This document shows positions 1-15,000 of a stretch of 64,000 nt of DNA, piece by piece. Each line of letters begins with the position of its first letter. Position 1 is the stretch's first letter. Source of the DNA: Malacoraja senta (taxonomy: Eukaryota); assembly GCA_038087875.1 (NCBI GenBank), contig CM075987.1, positions 16,618,001 through 16,682,000 of the forward strand, written 5' to 3'. The translations under genes and the position numbers were made by a program. Below the pieces are notes generated by a model. The model was not told the DNA's origin, searched no databases, and worked only from the letters and a program-made list of their open reading frames with translations.

Positions 1-2284
1 TCCATTCCCTCCACAGATTCTGCCTGACCCAATGAGTTTCTCCAGCACATTTGTTTTTTTTGCTCAAAATTCCAGCATCTACAGTTTCTTGCGTCTGTTG
101 GTTCCATTCTTAGCTATCCGGTCCTAGCCAGGGAGGGTGACTCTGCAGTGGCTTTTTTCACCCCATTCCTTCACTATTACCTCAAGTGTCTCTCCAGGAG
201 CTGGGTTGTTTTTTGCACCTCTTGGGTTCTGCTGAAAATTCCAGCATCTGTAGTTCCCTGTGATTTCTATGAGGTATCGTTGGCGTCAGTTCTCTCAGCG
301 CAGGTATGTTACAAACCTGGAGACATTGAATGTTCAAATGTGCAGTTTCCAGCACAGTTCAGTGGCAGTGCAACTCTCGTGGCTGTTATTTCCCTGACAC
401 TTTCCCATCTATTTTCAGGTTTAGTCGGTTGCGTTTCGAGACTTGCCACAGTGGCATTTGAACTCCCAACCTCTGTCTCTCTGGCCCACAACACTATCAT
501 TTCCAATGTGTACTGAGCATTCACAGCAGTCAGCCTGTGTACTGCGGTGCCATAAGCTCCTGACGCTTGACTTTGCATTCATGTAACCATTGTAACCATT
601 GCCCCCCGCAGAGCCCAAATGTGTGAAAGTGTTCTGCTTTACTACTCCAAGATAATCTTTGATTTCCACTCCTGCCCTCCCCCCAAACAGGTTATGCCCA
701 GCTTTGCTCTTTAAAATGCTCTATTTAGTGCGTGAATGGGTATCTTATGATCCCATTGTTGGGCCATTTTGAAACAAATGTTCTGTGCTCTTTCTATTTA
801 CTTAATTATTCTTAATCCTGAATTAAGTTCAACATTTGTTTTCTCTTGTAATATCCAGACATTGCAGATGGGGAGTGATACCAAACATGGGCACAAAATG
901 CAAAATGCTGGAGTAACTCAGTGGGTCAGGTAGAACATGGATAGGTGATGTTTTGGGTTGCAACCCTGCTTCAGACTTGTTTTCTCTTGCCTGCTGCACT
1001 GTTTGCAAGGTGAAAGCTTATCAACGGCCTCCCCTTGCTTCTGTTGGCCCACCATCCTAATTTAAAATCAGATTTCTTAACTCTCTTTGACGTTTTGTGC
1101 TCTGTTATTTATAGTACCTTCTTTAAAAAAGTTGTTATGGCTGGTGAATAAAATTGTCACCACTTTTCCCTTTTACCCACTTGCTCTTCCATGTGCAGAA
1201 TGCTCTCTCTCTCCCCCGGGTCAGGTAAGGTACGGACCAGTGGCTGTTGCAGTGCTAGGCAACTGTGGCATTGTTCCAACAATGCTGCCTTGAACTGTGA
1301 CAATTGGCCTGCTGAGAAGCTCTCAATAAAGAGGGGAAGAAAAGGATTCTCTGCCACGCCACAGCTTTGCATGGGCCAGGAATTTCCAAATGTTAAATCG
1401 AAACACTACGACTGGGATGCAGAAACATAGAACATAGAAAAATAGGTGAAGGAGTAGGCCATTCGGCTGATCATCTAAAATCAGTATACCCTTCCTGCTT
1501 TTTCCCCATATCCCTTGATTCCTTTAGCCCTAATAGCTAAATTTAACTCTCTCTTGAAAACATCAAGTGAATTGGCCTCCACTGCCTTCTGTGGCAGAGA
1601 ATTCCACAGATTCACAACTCTGGGTGAAAAAGTTTTTCCTCACCTCAGTCCTAAATGGCCTATCCCTTATTCTTAAACTGTGACCCCTGGTTCTGGACTC
1701 CCCCAACATCGGGAACATTTTTCCTGCATCTAGCCTGTCCAATCCCTCAAGACTCCGTTTGGTACTCAAATGATTTAATATTGTTGGTATTTACAATGCA
1801 TGACTTTAAATCAGTTCATGTTCTTGGATTAAACTGAGGTACTTAAGTAGAAGTGAACATGACTAAATTAGGGACACTTTATTCGAACTGAAAAACAGAG
1901 ATGGTTCCAATTTTAAATACTGGAGACACAAATTCTGTCTTTCTGTAGACTTGCATTCAAAAGTGCATAAACACTTTAATGTGGATAAGAATATTAGATT
2001 AGAATAATGAATAGCCGTGGGCCAAAAGAACTTTGTATACAAAATAGCTGTCCAATTTCTACAATGAAATTTAGGGATGAAATCTCCCCAGGCTCTCACT
2101 GGCTCTCACTGTTGGAGGTGCTGAATCAGATGAGGCATTAGAATGCGGTTCAGTTTGCATGGGTATAATCCCTAGTCCTGGCTGTTATTTACCTCTCAAC
2201 AAAGATCCGTAAACAGGATTGTCTGATCACCACCTCGTTGCTATTAGCGGGACTCTGCTGTGCATAAATTCTCTTCGGTGATTC

Positions 2285-2810
2285 CAGAGCCAAGAGTGTT
2301 TAATTGTCATATGTACTGGCAACGGAACAATGACATTCTTACTTGCTGCTTCACAACAAAAAATATGATAAATCAGATAATAATTAATAATACAATCAAT
2401 TAATAATGAAATCAATAAATTAATTACATTAATTTGTAGAGTCTGATGAGTGGTCTCAACCCAAAACGTCACCTATTTCTTTTCTCCAGAAATGCCGTCT
2501 GACCCGCTGAGTTACTCCAGCTTTTTTGTCTGCCATTGGTTTAAACCCAGCATCTGCAGTTCCTTCCTACACAAATTAATAATAATAGTAGGTAACTACA
2601 ATTAGTGCAATACCGAAATCCATAGTGCAACCAAAGACACAATCCACGGAGTAGATAGTTACTGACGTAGAGGTTAGTCTTGTGCAGTGTTCAGTAGCCT
2701 GATGGTTACTGGGAAGAAGCTTTTCTTGAACCTGGAGGTCTTGGTTTTTGGGCTCCTGTCCCGCTTTCCTGATGGTAGTAGTGGAATGAGAGCATGGTCA
2801 GGGTAGAAAC
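2285..2810 (-). mobile_element. Rex1/Babar-type LINE 3' fragment, interrupted by a PLE-derived repeat
   Basis: HALIPLLPSGKRDRSPKTKTSRFKKSFFPVTIRLLN resembles the Rex/Babar ORF C-terminus. The tail ends ...catatgacaattaaacactcttg. Confidence 0.65.
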
Positions 2811-2854
2811 CAGATGAACCAGTGACCTGTAAATTTATAAATTTCCATTCCATT

Positions 2855-3350
2855 GTCACCGCGGGTCTGGCGGACGGCAACACCGGAAGCCCGCGGGTCC
2901 CTGGTGGGAGACCGCTTTTCGGGGCTTCCGCAGCGGCGACTTCTCCCGCCCGAGTTGCGGGGTTGAAGAGCACCTGGAGCGGGGCTTTACATCGTCGCCC
3001 CGCGCGGCTTGGAATGGCCGCGGGACTTTGCGAGCGCGCGCCGGGGCTCTAACACCAAGACCCGGTGCGCGACCTTGCATTAACCGGCGTGGCTTTAATG
3101 GCCGCGGGACAATCACCATCGCCCGCCGGGGGCTTTGACTTTGACTCTGACATCGGGGGGGGGGGGGAGTGCATGGAGAGATACGTTTTTTTGTCTTCCA
3201 TCACAGCGCTGTGATGGATGTATGTGTAAATTGTGTTGTGTCTCGGATCTTCTTCGTTTTGTAATGTATGGCTGCAGAAACGACATTTCGTTTGGACCTC
3301 AACGGGGTCCAAATGACAAATTTGTCCAAAAGACAATAGATTGTATTGTA
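2855..3350 (+). mobile_element. CpG-rich non-autonomous retroposon, tail type A
   Basis: GC-rich body, shared core cttccatcacag...ctgtgatggatgt, terminal stem-loop tttggacc/ggtccaaa and a (ttgta)n tail. Confidence 0.65.
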
Positions 3351-3769
3351 TGCAGAGCACGTTGAAATTAGTTCGCACAACCACAAATGCGCAGTCGGCA
3401 CAATTTTGGCTCAGTTTCAAATTAAAAAAAGCAGAAAACACAAATAGTCCACAGTCCAGTCCACATGTTGGAAGTCCTGGAGCGATCCAGGAAGCCTGCA
3501 GACCCAGGACCTGAAGTCCCTCTCCTCTGCCGACCGCCACTGTGTCCCAGGGGTCGCCTCCTGCAGCCGGCCTTGAAGGTGCTGGAGGTAATTCCCCGGT
3601 CCCTCTCCTACCAGTTCACTCCTTGCACCCGTCGCCACCAGCAGCTCCCACCTTGACTCTCCCGTCTTCGAGCTTCCAAGCTTCCACTGCACTGTCTTCC
3701 TCCTTATGAATGCTGCACCTTTTTAAGAAGACCACCCTCAGTAAATGGACCTTATGATTTTGGTTTACC

Positions 3770-4525
3770 ACCGGGTGGCGTTTCGATGGCAGTCTCGCCT
3801 ACAGTCTGTCTGTTCTTTTCGTCCTTTTTTTGTTATTTTTAGTGTGTTTTAAAGGTTTGTGTTAATGTTCTCCGGTTTGTTTTATGTGGGGGGTGGCGGG
3901 GGGAGGGAGGGGGGTCAGGGGAAACTTTTTATCAATCTCTTACCTTGCCGGAGATACGATTGTTTTCCGGCTCGTATCTCCAGTCACTCTGCGGCCTAAC
4001 ATCGTTGAGCCGGAGGCCTTGCTCAGGACTGACTTTCAGCCCCACCGCGGGGCGTGGACTTACCATCGGAGCCGATTCCTTGCCTGGGATCGACGCTCCA
4101 ACTGCGACCTGCGGACTTTAACATCGCGGAGCTCGCAGTCTCGGGTTGAGACCAAGTCGGGAGTCTCCAACGATGCAAAAGGTTCGATTAGCCCCGACCC
4201 GGGGTAGATTGCCCGACGCGGGGGAGTTGAGATTCCCCCCCCCCCCCGATGCAGGAGCTTGATTGTCCCGACGAGGAGGCCCTCCGCCGGTTACAGATCG
4301 TCCCGTCAACGAAAGGTTAGAGGCCCCTGACCGCTGGAGGACAAAGAAGGGAAGAGATTGAACTTTTTTTTTGCCTTCCATCACAGTGAGGAATATGGAG
4401 GAGTCACTGTGGTGCATGTTTATGTTAAAATGTATTTTGTGTGTTCTGTTGCTTTTGATTGATATGACTGCATGGCAAATCAAATTCCTCGAATGTTGCA
4501 AAACATACTTGGCTAATAAAGTAAG
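3770..4525 (+). mobile_element. CpG-rich non-autonomous retroposon, tail type B
   Basis: Collinear with 60780-61500 and 63385-64000 (reverse complements). The 3' end aatcaaattcctcg...catacttggctaataaag is shared with 51560-51810. Confidence 0.75.
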
Positions 4526-6190
4526 TGTGTGTATGAGTATGGTTTGATGGTATTTGCCCTCTAGAGCTCTGCGTCATACAGGATAGGCTGACAGGTTTGC
4601 AGAGATCACTACCGGGTGAAAGTGGAGAATGATGGAAAGTGATCAACCTCTCAGAATGTGACCAAAGTTTCTGGTAAAGTGTGAAGCCAATGATTGGCTA
4701 ATACAGGTTCAAGGTCACTGGTTAAGCTTTGCAAAGCAGGCCATTGAGAATGAAACGAGAACATTGCTGTTCAGAAGAGTGCTCGAGGATGGGTGGGGAT
4801 CGAGCGAAGAGAATTGGCATTGGTGACAGGATACACTGTCATTCAGAACAGCTGCCAGTTTCAGTAGGTCTGCGTCTCCAGCTGTTCTGTAAATTTGTTT
4901 CAAATATTAATTTATCTTCCCTTTGAAAAGTACTGTTATGGAGAGTGCACTGACCAGTGGACTCTCTTCCCCCCCCCCCCCCCCCATGGTATTGCTTGCA
5001 TTGCAATTTGGATTTGAGAGCAGGATTGTGACATTTATTGTAAACTGGAAATGTGTTCAACATTGTTCAGCTGGAAGAAAACTCTCTGAAAAGACAGATC
5101 ATGGAATAAAAGATGATGGCTGAGAGAAGTTTTTGTAGATTGGCAATGGTTTTACGTAGAACAGCACTGGAACATGCCCTTCGGCCCTCAATGTCCGTGC
5201 CGAACATGGTGCCAAGTTAAACTAATCTCCTCTGCCTGCAAATGATCCATATCCCTCCATTCCCTGCCTATTCATGAGCCTATCTAAAATGCCACCATCG
5301 TATGTGCCTCCACCACCACCACCACCACTGGCAGTTCATTCCAAGCACCCATCACTCTCTATGTAAAATGAATTTCTCCTGCGCACCTTGTTTAAACTTT
5401 GCCCCTGTCATCTTAAAGCTATGCCCTGTTCCCTTGTTTGGTATCCTTGAGCTGAGTCAATTCCTCAACGTCCAAAAGAACAGCCAGAAGTACTGAACTA
5501 TATTGCCTTATTATTTTCATACTTCGGACAAGCAATAGACTTTTACGTATCCACAGAATGATGCACCACAGAAGTCCATTGGGCCCGGGCCAGCTGTTTC
5601 AAGCTGCTTCCCCATAGCCATGCAAATATAAGAGGTTATCTTCTCATTATTCTATCATTATTTCTGGGAGGTTGTTCTGTGCACATTGGCTGACGTGACG
5701 TGTTGACTAAAAGACTGAGACAGTCTGTACACATCTTTTCTCCACTTACCACATTTCCTCTGTGGAAAATCTCCTGTTTTGGGGAGAGACTACTTCAATT
5801 GATTCGTCCTGGTAAATTCACAAAACTGCAGAACAGCCTAAGAAAATTCAAACGTGTTGTTTCTGCCCGTTCAAATTATTATTTTGCTAATACCCTCCGT
5901 TACCACCCCTTTACTGCTAAATTCCAGCATTTTATTGACTGCTGTTGTCAGACCTACTGTTCAAATGTTACGTGGGTTTTTTTCTCCCACCTTCCTTTCA
6001 CTGTGGGGTTTCCCAGAAGAATCTTGTAACAGGCTATTGGAGATCTTATCAGTTTGATGCAGATTTGATGTTTATCGTAGCTGCAGTGATATCACTCAAA
6101 GCCAAGATCAGTGGACTTTTGAAATCAAGGTTAGTGCAGAAAAGTGGGATTGAGGAAGAACATCGGCCTTAAAACAGATTGAATGATAGT

Positions 6191-6218
6191 CTGAAGAACG
6201 GTCTCGACCCGAAACGTC
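6191..6218 (+). ncRNA. Minimal hammerhead motif in a short PLE-derived repeat (repeat spans about 6187-6285)
   Basis: CTGAAGA-AC-GGTC-TC-GACC-C-GAAAC-GTC. Confidence 0.55.
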
Positions 6219-8161
6219 GCCCATTCCTTTTGTCCAGAGATGCTGCCTGACCAGCTGAGCTACTCCAGCATTTTGTGTTTACCTTTAAATGATGGCCTAC
6301 TCTTGTTATTCCTTATGCTTATACATGGATAGGAAGGGTTTGGAAGGCTGTGGGCCAAATGCGACCAGTCCAGAATGACAACTTGGTTTGCATGGGCAAG
6401 GTGGGCGGAAGACCTGTCTCCATGCTGCTCAGCTCTATGACTCAGTGCTCTTTGGTAAAATTATCAAACGGTCCCAATCCTCTACTCTTTTCCTCCATCA
6501 CTTTTTCAGTTGCTTTGCTTTTTTTTAATGTTTGTTATGGAATCTGCTTTCACCAGCCTTTCCTGCAGATGATTCCAACTCGCATTATCCTGTTGGATTA
6601 AAAAAAAAAGTTGCCACCCTGATTTTTTTCCTATCACTTTCATTCTGTGTGCCCAAGTTACTAACTCTTCTGCAACTGAAAAGGGCTTTCCATTTAGTTT
6701 TCTTTTAAAATTGCTATAATGTTCAAATTTCTGCCTGGTAAAACGAATCCCATTTTCTCCAATCTCTCCATATAAGTAGAAGCTTCATGGTTAAGATTTT
6801 ATTTCATTTTCCTTTTTCAGCCTTTAATTTCTCCACTTGTTTAATCCCAGTATGTACCCTATCTTAAAAGGAATTCTGTCCCTTTAAGCTAAAACAGGTC
6901 AGTCGTGACCTACTGAGGTTGGTGAGATGTGGGAGATGTCGCTGTGTTTAAAATTCCGTTCACACGCTGCTCATTACCAGCTGGTCATTCTGTGTTGGTT
7001 TGAAGAGTCCTGTTTGCTGAACTCTGAGCAAAGTTTAAATGCCCTGTGCCTCTGTGCAAATCACATTTTAAAAAGGCAAGTTTCTGCCTAATTAAACAAT
7101 GAGCAGTGACTCTGTGCAACATCTGTGAAAATCCATCTTCTGCCTCATTCTTTACAGAAACCGGGCCTTTGTTATGGGCCTTTCACTTGTAAATGTAGTC
7201 ACTGATCCAGCAGCTTAGACTTTATTGGGGGTGGGGGAGGGTGGAGGAGAGAATGATGAGGGTGGTGATACATTTAGACTGTTATATCGAGTTAAGTACA
7301 ATGCTGCTGCCTTTCCCATTTTTGTCTCTCGAAATCTGAGGGTAAATATGTCAGATATGCTGTCTGCCAGACTTTTAAGGAAATAAGCATCTAGTATTTG
7401 TACAGCAGTTTTTTTTCATATAGTTTGGGTTCGGTGTATTTGAGTGTCAGTGAAGTGCTTTAAAAAAAACTGTGGTCACTATTGTAATGCAGGTGAAAGT
7501 TGTAGCGAGTAGCCCAAGCACTGGTGAGATAAATGGGCCTTTAATCAGGGCTTGTTTACCAGGTGTTCCCTCCTGGCTCATGGCTGTGTGAATCCCTGGA
7601 ACAATATACGGAAGGACTGTAAATGTGCAGGCTACTTTGTTGCTCCATACTTGGTGCTTCGATCTCACCTGGCTCTTGGTGTTCGTCTTTTGCCAACAAA
7701 GGCATTTCTTACAGTTACCCACTTTTGCGCAAGACTCCATCACTGTAGGTTAACAGCGCAATCTTACATTCCTAACACACTTTTCAAAGCCCGAGGACAT
7801 CCAAATGTGCTTTATGTCCAGTAAACTATAACTTAAAAGAAAAACACAAAGTGGTGGAGGCTCTAAGAAGGATCTCGACCCAAAACGTTGCCTTACCCAT
7901 GCCCTCCAGAGATGCTGCCTTACCAGCTGAGTTACTCCAACATGTTTTTCTTTTGTGTGTAAACCAGCATCTGCAGTTCCTTGTGGCTCCACGATTTTTA
8001 AAATGCAGTTGCTGTTGTAGCATTGAATATGTGGACAGTTAAGCCAAATGGCTTCTTCCCATGTTATAATTTTACCATAAATCTAGGTAGATCATGGCTT
8101 TAACCTTTTTAGACACAGAACTGCTCCATTGTCTGGATCTCAACAGAGTAAAATGACCAGA

Positions 8162-9213
8162 GAAAATTGCAGGAGACAACAAAAAAAACGCAAGCACCTG
8201 CTGTGATAGTGTGATGTGATGTTGGGAGCATTTCTTGCTGCTTATTCAGGCCTGCCTCTGCCACTGTCCTACAAATAGTGCACGGGTCAATTGATTCAGG
8301 CCATTTGATCAGTTTAATTTGCTTCCATGAGAAATCCTGGGAAAGAGAGGAGTGTTATTGTGTGTGGGTGTGTTTGCGCGACTGTGTGTTTCTTATAAAC
8401 TGAAGCCAAATTGCTGAAACATGAGGCTTCTCGCAGAGGGAGACTTTACGTCAGTGTGTTGAAGAAACTTTTTAACTTTTCATGTTTATTTTATCAGGAC
8501 AGTGCCTCCCACACTTCTTCCTTAAACATTCTTGAATTGTGCACTCCAATTCTGTTTTTGATAAATATATGCATACATGCAAAGAGGCAAAAGGAATCAT
8601 TCAAAGAACACAAAGTCCTTACAAAATTGGAGCTGCTTTGACATAGGAGCCAGTGTGTCTATAACCTCTGACTCGTCTCATCAATCGTACATTTAAAAGA
8701 GATGACAGCAAGCTGGGGTTCTGCTTTGCAGCCGGAAGAACAAATAAAATCTTGTATTGCCCCAACTTTATCAGCAGTTAAGCTCATAATGAGTCGATAT
8801 TTTAGCAAAACAGCAGAATACTGCAATGTGCACGACACATTGTGTTAAAATCTAGAATTGGCTGATTTAATCACATGTAAAACTATGGTGAGCAAAGGCT
8901 ATCTGTGCGATAGCAGGAACTCAGTGATCAAACAACAATCTCTGTGTTTGCCCCTTTCATCTTTTTGTTCATTTTGCTCCATCTCCCATTCACCGCGCTC
9001 CAAAGAAAACGTTTAAGCAAGTAGAGGTGAAAGACGTCTTGTGGGAAAAGAGGAACTGTGTTGATCCATAGAATTCCGTGTTCATTTTAATTGAATAAGT
9101 TTGCCTGTGCCATTCGCAAACAAATCTTTTGTCACCTTGACTATGAAAATTGCAGGAGACAACAACAAAAACGCAAGCACCTGCTGTGATCGTGTGATGT
9201 GATGTTGGGGGCA
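8162..9213 (+). repeat. 69-bp direct repeat pair (8162-8230 and 9145-9213)
   Basis: 66 of 69 positions identical, ungapped. Confidence 0.95.
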
Positions 9214-12054
9214 ACTGCATTGAAAAAGCAGATGTTGTAAATATGAAATCAAAGCAGAAAATGCTGGAAATACTCAGCAGGTCCACAGTATCTTTGAAGA
9301 GAGAAACGGAATTCATATTTCGGAGCACTGTGCTTTGTATCTTGCAGCGTGGCTGTTTTTGTTTTTCTCTCCCCAATGTTCTTCCTTTATTTACACCTCC
9401 TCCAGACGTTTTGGGTCATCACCCATCCATGTTCTCCAAAAATGCTGCCTGACCCACTGAGTTAATCCAGCACTTTGTGTGTTTTAGATTTTTAGATGAA
9501 AGCCTTTGCAAAGGGAAGTCTGAATTACTAGGTTTCTATGACAAGTCTCCTGCATTGAAGAAATAACATAGCATCAGACCCTTTGGCCCACAATGTCTTT
9601 ACTGTACATGATGCCAAGACCAATCCTTACCTGTCTGCACATTATCCATATTCTCCAATCCCTGCATATCCATGTGCATATCCAAAAATCTCTTAAATGC
9701 CACTATTGAATCAGATCCACTATTATCCAAAGATATTTAACGTTGGCTTGGGCATTTCCCTAGAATAGTGTGGATCAGAATTCCCAATCCACACTATTTA
9801 ATCTCCTAGGGCAAAGGAACGGAAAATACTTGACACCATGGTGCTGTAGTTTAACACACACGGTATGCTCTGCCTTCAGAAGATGGTGCATGTTTCAAGG
9901 AAGAATCTCAAGGATCCTTTTTAATTTTGAAGAAGCCTTGTTCAGATGATGTAACTCAATTTCAAATGAACAAAATTATTTGGTTAAATGGAGAGTCAGA
10001 AGTTGGATTTGTTTGTTCAATGGTGTATTTTTACTTGTTTTCTGTCACCTCAGCCCCAGTGTTTGGTTTTGTTGGCTGGAAACAGGACATGGATTCTTGT
10101 ATTGAGATTAGCTTGAAATTTTATATTGAGGAGGGGTGAACAAGGAACAAAGGGGTGCCATTATTCCACATTTGCATGGAAACAAAAGCCTCTTGAGTGC
10201 TCGTGTGCCAGGCGTACTGGCTTGTGCGTGCGGCCATTGTTTCCAGCAGGAGAATGCCATCTGGGGGCTTTTACTCCACAGACCAATTTATTTGGCAACA
10301 TGTTCTGGGTGTGACAGTGACTATCTCACCCCCGGCCACATTGTGCTTCGTGGTTCAACACAAAGGTACTCTCTTAAAGGTGAACTGTCTTCATGGAAGA
10401 TTTGCTGGGAGAATTGTTTTATTGTGCCCGATTGCAACCGTACTATTGAATCGGTTGAAATGAGACGTTGCCCCCATTAATGTGACATTGCAACGAAGCT
10501 TATAGACAAAGCTTTATGTTATTTTAAATTTGGCAATGCTATCTTGTTTTCAAACAATAAGCGATACTGTGGATTGCTGCAGTAAAAATTGATATTAAAA
10601 AAAACATAGTTTGTCCAGAGGTTGTGGCTGTCACTAGCCTGATCAGCACTTTGTGTCCGTGCCAAACTGTCCACTAATCATTTCAGAGAACGGTTAAGAG
10701 TCAACCACATTGGAGTCACATATAAGCATGGCAAATTTCCTTCCCTGAAGTGGCCCAGATGGTATTTTATGACAGTGCAGTAGCTTCATGTAAGTGTCAT
10801 TGATGATAGGATTTTATTGCATGTTATTTGAATTCAAATTCCCAGTAGCTGTGGTGAGATTTAAACTAGTCTGCTTGAATCAATAGTCTGCACCACTGGA
10901 TGCCATCCTATCCCTTGTCTATTTCCAAGTTTTTCTAATCCTATCTTCCATCCTTTCATATTTTTTTTTTAAGTTACGTGATCACTTGAGAGTCTATTCT
11001 TTTCAATTTTCTCCTCGTCTTTCTACGAAAATCCCTGTTTTCTATCTTTGGTCGCCGTGCTGTGGATTTAAGGTGATAGCAAGTTGGATATTTAAACACC
11101 ACCACCTACCTCACATTTCCTCACACATGCTTCTTTCTTTCTGCCCCTCCAACTCGGCATTCTTGGCTGTAAATATGGGCCATGGTTTGAAATGGTCTGT
11201 CTCTCCTGTCCAACGGAATCGCCTTCCCCATGTCTTCCTCCTTGCGATTACGGCCCTGGAGTCCTCTGGGCAAGGAACAGCAATTGGAAGACATTGCCTA
11301 TTTTGTTTGTTTGAAGGGTATTGAAGATAGAGGGAAGATAACTATTTAAATGCGATGGTATGGGTGGGAGAATAGGAGAGATAGTTGGAGACAAGATAAG
11401 ATGAAATCGTAAGGGGAGAATTAGACCGGTTCAAGAACAGCTTCTTCACAACAATCACTACACTACACAACACTAACATCAACAACTGTGATCTTCTTTG
11501 GGCTGTTTCTTTGGTTGCACTATGGACTTTGGTTTTTAAGCAGTACCCCTGGTTATTAATTTATTGTTCTTTTTATTAGATATTTGTTGGTGGGTTATTG
11601 CATTAACAGGCCCGTTAATGGACGTTAATTGCAGCAAGTAAGAAATTCATTGCACGGTTGTTGGTACATGTGCCAATCAAACATCCTTGACCTGCTTGAG
11701 AAGGTAATACACGCTCTTGACTCTCTTGAGAAGCGAAACTAAATGTTTTATCTGAGAATCATTTGCTTTCTTTTTGAAGGCACACATTCAGTTTTGACTG
11801 AAGGTGAAGCTTGTTCTCATTCTGAAATTAATCCATTAGTGTTGATGTGGATGCAGATCCGCTAACTATTTTGCTCTGATTGAAGAGGGATCCTGTCCCA
11901 AAAAATTGTCTGTCCATTCCCTCCACAGATGCTGCCTGACCTGCTGAGTTCCTCCAGCACTTCGTGCTTTGCTCGTGATGCCAGCATCTGCAGTTCCTGT
12001 GTCTTTTTCTGATCGCCGGTCTTAATCGATGAGATCTTATTTTAAGCATACTCT

Positions 12055-15000
12055 TTTTTTTATTTTTTTTATTTTTATTTTTTAAATTTTTATTTATTAG
12101 AAGTACATTACATTACAACCACATACATTAATACTCGTCATTTATATCTTCTTACAATTAATGTACTCCCTTTATTTATTTTTTTACACTAGAGAAAGAA
12201 AAGATTGAAAGAGAGAAGAAAGTGAAGGAAAAAGTGCAAGTGTAGAAAAGTGTAGAAAATGTAACAACAAAAAAGGACGAAGACCCTATAAGAGCGAAAT
12301 TAAAAACAAAAAGAAAAAGAGTTAAGAAATAGGCCCTAAGAAAAGAAAAGAGAAAGAGAAAAAAAGAGAAACAAATGGTTTTTTTTTGAGCATCACGTAA
12401 ATAGGACATACCAACTCTTCAACTATCATCCCCCCTTACCCGACCTCAATTTTTTATTTTTTTTAAAGTACTTTTGCACCCTATGTTTGTAATAATTCTA
12501 TAAATGCAGACCACGTCAGGTGGAAGTGATCTGGTTTACCTGCTAGGAGGAGTCTTATCTCTTCAAGGTGTAATGTTTCAAACATATTTGAAATCCACAT
12601 ATTTATAGTTGGTATTGGAGCCTTCTTCCAAAATTTTAGAATTAGCTTTTTTCCAGTTATTAACCCATAATCCATTAATTTCTTTTGAAACACATTTAGT
12701 TCTGGATCATCTTCCGTTATTCCGAAGATAATCCATTCTGCTTTGGGTATCAGTCTTGTTTTAAATAACTTTGTAAAGATTTCAAAAATTTCATTCCAAA
12801 ATTTTTGAATTTTTGTACAGAAGACAAATGAGTGCGCTATAGTTGCTTCTTGGGATTGACATTTATCACAAGTAGATGATACGTTTGGGAAAATTTTATG
12901 AATTTTAGTTTTCGAATAATATAATCTATGTAAAATTTTAAATTGTATTAAAGTGTGTCTTACATTAATCGAGCATTTATGCACTTTTAATAAGTATTCA
13001 TTCCAACTTTCCTTTGAAATTTTAATAGCTAACTCTTGTTCCCAGTCTCTTCTGATACCCTCCGTAGATGGTATTTGTGCATTTAAGATAATATTGTACA
13101 AATATGATATTAAGTTTGCTGATTCCGCTTTTATCTGCATTGCCTCGTCCAGTACATCTGCTGGGTTATTATGATGATCTTTTGTATATTTTTTCAAATA
13201 GTCGCATATTTGAAAGTATTTAAAATATTGATTATTTCCGAGTTTATATTTTATTTGTAATTGTTGAAATGAAAGTAATTTTCCAGTTTCATACAAGTCA
13301 CCAAGCGTTTTAATTCCTAGTCTATCCCATTGTGTATAAGCTTTATCTATAATAGAAGGACTAAACGAAGGGTTATTGACTATAGGTAATAAAAGTGATA
13401 AGTTTCTTAATTTTAAATTTTGTTTTATTTGTTTCCAAATACGGATTGTACTATGAATAATTGGGTTCTTATTATAGTTTATGTTATTCAATTTCATTGG
13501 AGAGAGGAGGATCGCTCCAATGTTTCTAGAGGAGCAATCCTCTTTCTCCATTACAATCCAGTCTACTTGCTGGGCGGAGTTATCCATCAGTTGAATCATG
13601 TTTTTAATATTTACTGACCAATAATAATACATAAAATTAGGTAGTGCTAGACCCCCCAATACTTTAGATTTATTCAGATGGGTTTTTTGTATTCTATGTG
13701 ATTTATAGTCCCATATAAAATTAGTGATATCTGAGTCGAGTTTTTTAAAAAACTTCTTAGGTAAGTATATAGGAATTGATTGAAATAGGTATAAAATTTG
13801 TGGTAAAAAGATCATTTTTATTGCGTTTATTCGGCCTATTAAAGACATCGGGAGCGTTTTCCAGAATTTAATTAATGTATTCAGTTTATTAAGTAGGGGG
13901 TCAAAATTTGCCCTGAACATACCTTGATATGTTCTGGTAATTTCGATTCCCAAATATTTAAATGTTTCTGTAGCTATTTTAAAAGGGAATTTTAAAAGAT
14001 GTGTTGAATCTTTCGGTTTTATTGACATAATTTCACTTTTATTCCAATTTATTCTATATCCAGAAAAAGATCCGAAGTCTTCAATTAAATTTAATATATT
14101 TGGTATAGTGATTTGAGGTTTTGTAATATACAATAATATATCATCCGCGTATAAAGATATTTTATTATATGAGTCTTTAGTATTATATCCATGAATATCA
14201 GGGTGTATTCTAATTTTTTCTGCTAGCGGTTCAATAATGAGAGCAAACAGCTGTGGTGATAATGAGCATCCTTGTCTATTTCCCCTTGATAGTTGAAATT
14301 TCGAGGATAATATGTTATTAGTAAGTATTCTAGCTGTAGGTTTGTTATATAATAACTTAATCCATAAAATAAAATTCTCTCCCAGTTGAAATTTTTGTAA
14401 TACTTTATCCATATAATTCCATTCTACTTGATCAAATGCTTTTTCAGCATCCAGCGAAATAATTGATAATTCTTGATCTTCAGATTTGTGTGAGTGCATT
14501 ATGTTGAGTAGACGTCTCATATTATTAGAAGAGTATCTCTTAGGGATAAACCCTGTCTGATCTGGGTTTATTAATTTACTAATGTATTTACTTAATCTTC
14601 TGGCTAATGTTTTCGCTAATATTTTTTGATCTGTGTTTAACAATGCTATAGCTCTATATGAGCCAGGTTCTTCTAAATCCTTATTTTTCTTAGGTATTAA
14701 TGTAATCGTTGATTCCGCTAATGTATCAGGTAGTATTCGTTTTTTAAAAGCGTATTGATACATTTTTTGTAATCTTGGTATTATTTTATCATAAAAGCTT
14801 TTATAAAATTCATTAGTAAATCCATCAGGGCCTGGTGTTTTTCCATTTTTTAGTGAGTTTATTGTATCTTCTAATTCCTTAATTGAGATTTGTGCACCCA
14901 GTTCCTCTTGTTCCTTCAGCTCTAACTTTGGAAAATTACAGGTATCCAAGAACTTTGTGATATTATTGGAATCAATTATCGTTTTAGATGTATACAAATT

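Noticed and set aside
148..669. Short ORFs at the window start as coding exons
   Set aside because: Partly built from PLE-derived repeat sequence and show no similarity to URM1 or any protein I recognise.
2111..2135. ggaggtgctgaa as possible URM1 exon 2 (GGAE...)
   Set aside because: The following codons do not give LLF.G.K.H and there is no suitable acceptor. Exons 1-2 probably lie upstream of the window.
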